Assembly: GCA_051251855.1 (NCBI GenBank)
Contig: JBPOGI010000004.1
Coordinates: 384,001 to 448,000, forward strand
Source of the DNA: Roseibacillus sp.
GTDB lineage: Bacteria; Verrucomicrobiota; Verrucomicrobiia; Verrucomicrobiales; Akkermansiaceae
Direction of reading: 5' to 3'
DNA length: 64,000 nucleotides
The notes below the pieces were generated by a model, which saw only the letters and a program-made list of their open reading frames with translations, ran no database searches and was not told the origin of the DNA. The number at the start of each line of letters is the position of its first letter. Position 1 is the stretch's first letter. The position numbers and the translations under genes were made by a program. Below are positions 59,236 to 64,000 of this stretch, piece by piece.

Positions 59236-60243
59236 ATGAAAGCTGTCGCCTACCAAGCATCCCTTCCCATCTCCGACCCGAACGCCCTTCTTGATGTTGA
59301 TCTTCCTGCCCCAGAAGCCACAAGTCGAAACCTTCTCGTTCGAGTAGAAGCGGTCTCTGTCAATCCTGTCGACACCAAGATCCGGCTCCGCCAAGAACCA
59401 GCCGAAGGAAAATATGCCGTCCTCGGTTGGGACGCCGCTGGCGTCGTCGAAGCGGTCGGCTCCGGAGTCACCCTTTTCAAACCCGGTGACAAAGTTTGGT
59501 ATGCCGGTGCCATTGACCGTCCTGGCTGCAACAGCGAACTTCATCTCGTTGACGAGCGTATCGTAGCCAAGATGCCAACATCACTCAGTTTCCCCGAGGC
59601 CGCCGCCCTCCCCCTGACCACCATCACCGCTTGGGAGATTCTCTTCGATCGCCTTCAGTTCAGCTCTTCCTCGACCGGCAACCTTCTCATCATCGGAGCC
59701 GCCGGTGGAGTTGGATCCATCATGATTCAACTCGCCAAGCAACTGACGAACCTCACTGTCATCGCCACCGCTTCCCGTCCCGAAACACAACAATGGGTCC
59801 GTGACCTTGGAGCGGACCACGTGATTAACCACCGCAATGCCCTGGACCAAGAACTGAAGGCTCTCAACATTCCAACCGTCCAAGCCATCGCCACCCTCAC
59901 GAACACCGACCAACATCTCCCCGCCCTCGCCGAAGCCATCGCCCCGCAGGGAAAAATCGCCATCATCGACGATCCCGACACCCTCGACATCATGCCCTTC
60001 AAGACCAAAAGCGTCTCGTGGCACTGGGAACTCATGTTCACCCGGTCCCTCTTTCAAACGGAAGACATGGTCAAACAACACCAACTCCTCACCAAAGCGG
60101 CCAACCTCATCGACTCCGGTAAGATTAAAACAACTCTCAACAAAACCTTCGGCACCATCAACGCACCCAACCTCCGCAGTGCTCACGAGCTCATCGAGTC
60201 CGGCCGATCTCAAGGAAAAATCGTTCTTGAAGGCTTCAAATAG
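59236..60243 (+). CDS. Zinc-type alcohol dehydrogenase-like / quinone oxidoreductase family
   Basis: VSVNPVDTK, GWDAAG, GAAGGVGS, HWELMFTRS. Confidence 0.93.
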   Translation: MKAVAYQASLPISDPNALLDVDLPAPEATSRNLLVRVEAVSVNPVDTKIRLRQEPAEGKYAVLGWDAAGVVEAVGSGVTLFKPGDKVWYAGAIDRPGCNSELHLVDERIVAKMPTSLSFPEAAALPLTTITAWEILFDRLQFSSSSTGNLLIIGAAGGVGSIMIQLAKQLTNLTVIATASRPETQQWVRDLGADHVINHRNALDQELKALNIPTVQAIATLTNTDQHLPALAEAIAPQGKIAIIDDPDTLDIMPFKTKSVSWHWELMFTRSLFQTEDMVKQHQLLTKAANLIDSGKIKTTLNKTFGTINAPNLRSAHELIESGRSQGKIVLEGFK

Positions 60244-60358
60244 GTTATCTGCCATCGCTCACCGAACAACCCTTGGAAATAGATCCGAGCGCTATCCTGC
60301 GTAATTTGAAGAGGATAGCCTCCTTCGGTGACGCTTCGGAAGAAAGCGCTAGGCACCC

Positions 60359-60922
60359 ATGAAACCACTCCACGGAATTCTTCTCGTCCTCATCGGACTC
60401 ATTTGTATTCTCTTACTGCAACAAATCCCCCTGACGATATGGAAAGAAAAACCTTCGCTAGTAGGATTTGGAGCTAACAAAGAGGCTGTCCTAACTCCTA
60501 AAAAGCCCCTCACACGAACTCCCGAGGGCGCCTCTCGAGAAGAAGCTAAACCTCTCCAAATTGCAGAAGGCTTCAATCCTGAACGCCCCCTATTCAATCA
60601 AAATCTTCCAACGGCGGTGCAAGTCACCCCCCTGAGGTTTTCTACCCTAAAGACCGACAGCCCTTTCTACTTTTTTCATAGCAGCGAACTCAGCCTACCC
60701 CCCGAAGAACGCCTTCGACTCCAAGAAAACCTCGCGCCTTTCCTTAGCACCTTGTTCAAAGCATTCGGACACCAAGCCTTGGTCCTCGATGCCGATGCCC
60801 TTTCAACTACCCAGACCCCGATTCTCGTCTACGGAAATCAATCCCTAGACCTCACCCCATATTTAAGTAACGCCCTGCAGCAAAAGCAGAAAACAACCTC
60901 TTTAGAGGCAAAGGAGCATTGA
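60359..60922 (+). CDS. Hypothetical membrane-anchored protein; C-terminus resembles OmpH/Skp core
   Basis: N-terminal TM; LVLD...STTQTPILVY....DLT. Confidence 0.6.
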   Translation: MKPLHGILLVLIGLICILLLQQIPLTIWKEKPSLVGFGANKEAVLTPKKPLTRTPEGASREEAKPLQIAEGFNPERPLFNQNLPTAVQVTPLRFSTLKTDSPFYFFHSSELSLPPEERLRLQENLAPFLSTLFKAFGHQALVLDADALSTTQTPILVYGNQSLDLTPYLSNALQQKQKTTSLEAKEH

Positions 60923-61022
60923 TTTTGCTCTCAATCTCTGGCTCCGTCTTGGCTCACAGTATAGGCACTCAAACCACCTCTGGTTGTCAATTTTCAAGCT
61001 TCAACCTCAGAACTCCTTTCAC

Positions 61023-61736
61023 ATGAACTTTCTCAAATCCGCCCAGTCACAACTCAACTCTGACACTCTCAGCGGCCTCGCCGAACAACTGGGGATCGAG
61101 AGTTCCGTCCTGCCCCAACTCATCCAAGAAGCGCTCCCCTCTCTCTTCTCTATCGTCCACAATGCTGCCCTCGACCCTTCCAAGTCAGCTCTTATCACCC
61201 AATACCTGACCGACACTGACGGCAGCATCTTAGAGGACCCCAACGAAATGCTTGCCGAACACGGCCCTGATCTCACTCGCGGTGGTAAAACAGGACTTGC
61301 CAAGCTACTCGGCCCACAACTCACCGACTACATCGCTCCCCTCGCCAAATCCACCGGACTCGGCGAAGGAAAAATCGCTTCCGCGCTCGGCACTCTGGCG
61401 CCCTTCGTCTTTGCCCTTCTCGGCCAACAGACCAAAGACGCTACCGAGCTTCAGGCCCTCCTCACCCAAGAAGAAATTCCAGCTCCCGTACCAGACTCCA
61501 AAATTCAGCACAAAGAGGAAGCGCCCCAAAAATCCTACCTCCCCGACCCCTCTAAAAAGAAAGACAAACGCCCCTTCCCCAAGCGCAAAGCCCTCCTCTT
61601 GGTCATCGCACTAGCCCTCGTGGCCGCCCTTCTCTTTTGGCTCATCGATACAGGAGTCATCCCGCTTCCCAACGCCGCCAAACCCATAATCGAGCCCAAC
61701 CTTCCCGCCCCTACCACCTCCTCCCAGTCTCCATGA
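61023..61736 (+). CDS. DUF937-like domain membrane protein
   Basis: LAEQLG..DGSILED..LLG..LAKSTGL..LAPFV; C-terminal TM. Confidence 0.72.
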   Translation: MNFLKSAQSQLNSDTLSGLAEQLGIESSVLPQLIQEALPSLFSIVHNAALDPSKSALITQYLTDTDGSILEDPNEMLAEHGPDLTRGGKTGLAKLLGPQLTDYIAPLAKSTGLGEGKIASALGTLAPFVFALLGQQTKDATELQALLTQEEIPAPVPDSKIQHKEEAPQKSYLPDPSKKKDKRPFPKRKALLLVIALALVAALLFWLIDTGVIPLPNAAKPIIEPNLPAPTTSSQSP

Positions 61737-62077
61737 AAATCACCTCAGCAAATGCCCCTTGGAGCGAGGTCTCCCACAACTCCGCCATCAAGAAGCAAGT
61801 CTTCCTCGCCAACGGAGAAGTCCCCCACATCACCCAATTCGCGCGCTCCGTTTTCCAACCCAGTCAAGTCGCTTCCGCCCACTCCCACGATGACATGTGG
61901 GAAGTCTTTTTGGTCACCAGCGGAATTTTAACAATTACCATCGACGGTATCGCTCATGAATTAGAAGCCGGAGCCAGCATCACCTTGGCTCCCAACGAGA
62001 CTCATGAACTCCGCAACGATGGCAGCGAGGAACTCCACCTCACCTACTTTGGGATCGAAGGCCCTCCTCAGGAATAA
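61733..62077 (+). CDS. Cupin domain protein
   Basis: HSHDDMWE...PNETH. Confidence 0.9.
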   Translation: MKITSANAPWSEVSHNSAIKKQVFLANGEVPHITQFARSVFQPSQVASAHSHDDMWEVFLVTSGILTITIDGIAHELEAGASITLAPNETHELRNDGSEELHLTYFGIEGPPQE

Positions 62078-62092
62078 AAGGTCCTCACCATC

Positions 62093-62506
62093 GTGAAGAT
62101 CTCACTTTCTACCATATTAGGAATCCTACTGCTTGGAGGCGCAATGGCTTTGCACTTTCTTAAAACGCAAAAATCCGATTCTAAGACGCCGCTCCCCTCC
62201 AAATCCGAGGCGAAACAACTCTCCTCGTCGGCTCACCAGTTTGCAAAAGCTTATACAAAAAGCGAACTCTCTCTCATCCGCAGTAAAGCCAAGCCTAGTA
62301 GCCCCGTAAAAAACTTTCTAATGGCAGAAGGACTTGTCCTCGCCAGCAAAGACAAGCCGCCTGCGGAAAGAAGGAGAGCCTTGATCGAGGCGCTCTCCAT
62401 TCTCCAAAATCTTAGCGACCTGACTCCGAACTGGGAATCAGAACTCGTCGAAATGCGGTCCGAACAAACCGTCATTGCCATTCTCGATTTACAAGGGAAC
62501 TTCTAA
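62093..62506 (+). CDS. Hypothetical protein
   Basis: N-terminal hydrophobic segment; operon position. Confidence 0.65.
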   Translation: MKISLSTILGILLLGGAMALHFLKTQKSDSKTPLPSKSEAKQLSSSAHQFAKAYTKSELSLIRSKAKPSSPVKNFLMAEGLVLASKDKPPAERRRALIEALSILQNLSDLTPNWESELVEMRSEQTVIAILDLQGNF

Positions 62507-62527
62507 CTTTCGATTGCCGCAGCCTGC

Positions 62528-62794
62528 TCAGTCGCGCTGAGATTTCCCCCAGCGCCATTTAGGTGGCTCCCCCTTGAGGTAGCAAACCGCCAAGAGAAAC
62601 GCGGTCAGCACAGTGACAGCCACGAGATACAGGAAGAGATGAGTGCTCGGGTTCACGATGAACGGCAAAGCCACAATCCCCAAGAGGAAGACGGAAAGAA
62701 CAGACCAACCCTGCCATCCTGAAGGAATCCCCCAACCCCAGCCATACGACTTTGCTGGAAACCAATAGGATTTTTCATTTTTAGACTCACTCAT
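62528..62794 (-). CDS. Small two-TM membrane protein
   Basis: YWFPAKSYGWGWG.P..WQGW ... KGEPPKWRWG conserved-looking motifs. Confidence 0.8.
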   Translation of the reverse strand: MSESKNEKSYWFPAKSYGWGWGIPSGWQGWSVLSVFLLGIVALPFIVNPSTHLFLYLVAVTVLTAFLLAVCYLKGEPPKWRWGKSQRD

Positions 62795-62991
62795 ATTTCG
62801 CGAATTAACCCCTCTAGCATGCCATCCCGAAGTCACAGCAAGCAATTCCAAAAACAGCTCATCATTGCAAACGGAGGATTGGTGCCAATGGAGAATCAAT
62901 CGGCGAAACGTCTCCTCCCGATAAGGTGCCCACTTGAAGAGTCACTCCTTCCCTCCTCGAATCAGGCTCCCCATGTGCCCCTACTTGGCGA

Positions 62992-63789
62992 CTAAGACTT
63001 TAAGTTAATCGCCGCATTGGGAAGATAGGCTTGCCGAGAACTCCCCCGAATCAACTGCGCTGCTTCTTGCCGCCTCCTCTCTCTTCGTAGTCCTTTGATG
63101 AAAACAGTCATCCCGCGCCAGATCCCACGGAAGAACTCACGATCCGTCGCTCCAAAATTCTTCAAAGCCTGACCGTGGTTTATCCAGAGCACTGTCCCCG
63201 CCGCTAACCCCCGGGCTCGGAAATAGCTCTCCCAAAGCAACCCATAACTTCCCCCCGCTCCCGCCAACCGAGCTCGATGAAAGGCAATATGGCCCGCCTC
63301 ATCCCGAACGATCAATTTGCACATCCCCTTGACCGCGGCATCAGGGCAATGACGCCGTAGCATCTGATAATAAACGTGACTGGTGATCTCGGTCAGGAGA
63401 AGCGCGTATAACTCGAACTGCACTCCACCCCATTGCCGAACCTTGCAAAACAGCGAGAAGCTCCAATGCTCCGAAATAGAAGGGACATCGAACCGTTGTA
63501 AAGCATCCCCCAAGAGGCGGGAGTGCTCTTCTTCCTCCTTAAACCAGAGAGTGACTAGCTTTTCCAGATCCTCATCCTTTCCCAAAAAATTCTTTTGGTT
63601 CCAAGAAATGAGAGAAGCAGGACCACCCCCGTCACCCAACTGAAATTGTTGGAGAGACCTCTTCAATGTCTCGAAAGCTGGGCCCTCCAACTCCAAGGGA
63701 GCCTTCCAATCAGGCTCTTCACGATGCTGTTGATTCTTCGCAAAGTGCGCCAGCCATTTTCCATAATCCATTGTGTTTCTCTTCTTCAT
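62992..63789 (-). CDS. Ferritin-like (diiron) domain protein
   Basis: QFQLGD, EEEEH, LTE..Y, RDEAGH. Confidence 0.82.
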   Translation of the reverse strand: MKKRNTMDYGKWLAHFAKNQQHREEPDWKAPLELEGPAFETLKRSLQQFQLGDGGGPASLISWNQKNFLGKDEDLEKLVTLWFKEEEEHSRLLGDALQRFDVPSISEHWSFSLFCKVRQWGGVQFELYALLLTEITSHVYYQMLRRHCPDAAVKGMCKLIVRDEAGHIAFHRARLAGAGGSYGLLWESYFRARGLAAGTVLWINHGQALKNFGATDREFFRGIWRGMTVFIKGLRRERRRQEAAQLIRGSSRQAYLPNAAINLKS

Positions 63790-63914
63790 CAGGTCCCCAT
63801 GAAAGCGGCTCTTTGTGAAAACAGAGGGAAGTGAAAGTGAAAAATCGATGAACGCTGCCGCTCTCCCACTCATCCCGACTTGCCCCCAGCGGAAAAATGC
63901 GCCAAAAGCCCCGC

Positions 63915-64000
63915 ATGTTCGAAGGCACCTACACCGCTCTCATCACCCCTTTCCGCAACGGCACCGTTGACTACGACGCTTTCCGCGCTCTCATCGACCG
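63915..64000 (+). CDS. dapA: 4-hydroxy-tetrahydrodipicolinate synthase, partial N-terminus
   Basis: MFEGTYTALITPFRNGTVDYDAFRALID. Confidence 0.85.
   Translation, partial: MFEGTYTALITPFRNGTVDYDAFRALID

Noticed and set aside
5586..60255. Many long overlapping or antisense ORFs (e.g. 5586-6296, 14120-15025, 19486-20217, 46982-47692, 56984-57844)
   Set aside because: Shadow frames of real genes caused by strong codon bias and C-over-G skew on the plus strand; low-complexity Pro/Ser/Arg or Gly/Val translations with no motifs.

Overview
A 64-kb chromosomal segment from a Verrucomicrobiota bacterium, probably Verrucomicrobiaceae/Akkermansiaceae-like. This is inferred from the lpxC-fabZ fusion, Amuc_1098-like secretin-domain proteins, secreted proteins ending in an F(Y/F)RL domain, and TGTTC-N4-GAxxA boxes upstream of recA. 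The region from about 18 to 64 kb is mostly ordinary: a sulfatase, two Wzc/OPX/beta-barrel polysaccharide export modules with wzx and glycosyltransferases, yggS, prc, tRNA-Gly, nif3, lpxC-fabZ, manA, trpS, recA, fumC and the start of dapA. The region from about 2.4 to 17.8 kb (tRNA-Pro to uvrB) is a REP/REPIN-rich accretion zone with no integrase or transposase in the window. Three things stand out. (1) Two ORFs are joined in frame by a single TGA (GHPAGET-U-NNG) with a SECIS-like hairpin, giving a candidate secreted thioredoxin-fold selenoprotein. (2) Two ~135-nt copies of an unannotated RNA show compensatory base changes, GNRA-capped terminators and a conserved ECF-type promoter (TTGAAC-N17-GTCT). 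(3) A secreted beta-propeller gene is bracketed by a 5' fragment of uvrB and a 3' fragment of the upstream L,D-transpeptidase gene, both diverged mainly at synonymous sites, which is the footprint expected from homology-driven (Campbell-type) cassette integration at the ldt-uvrB junction. All calls come from reading the sequence and recognising motifs; no searches were run.
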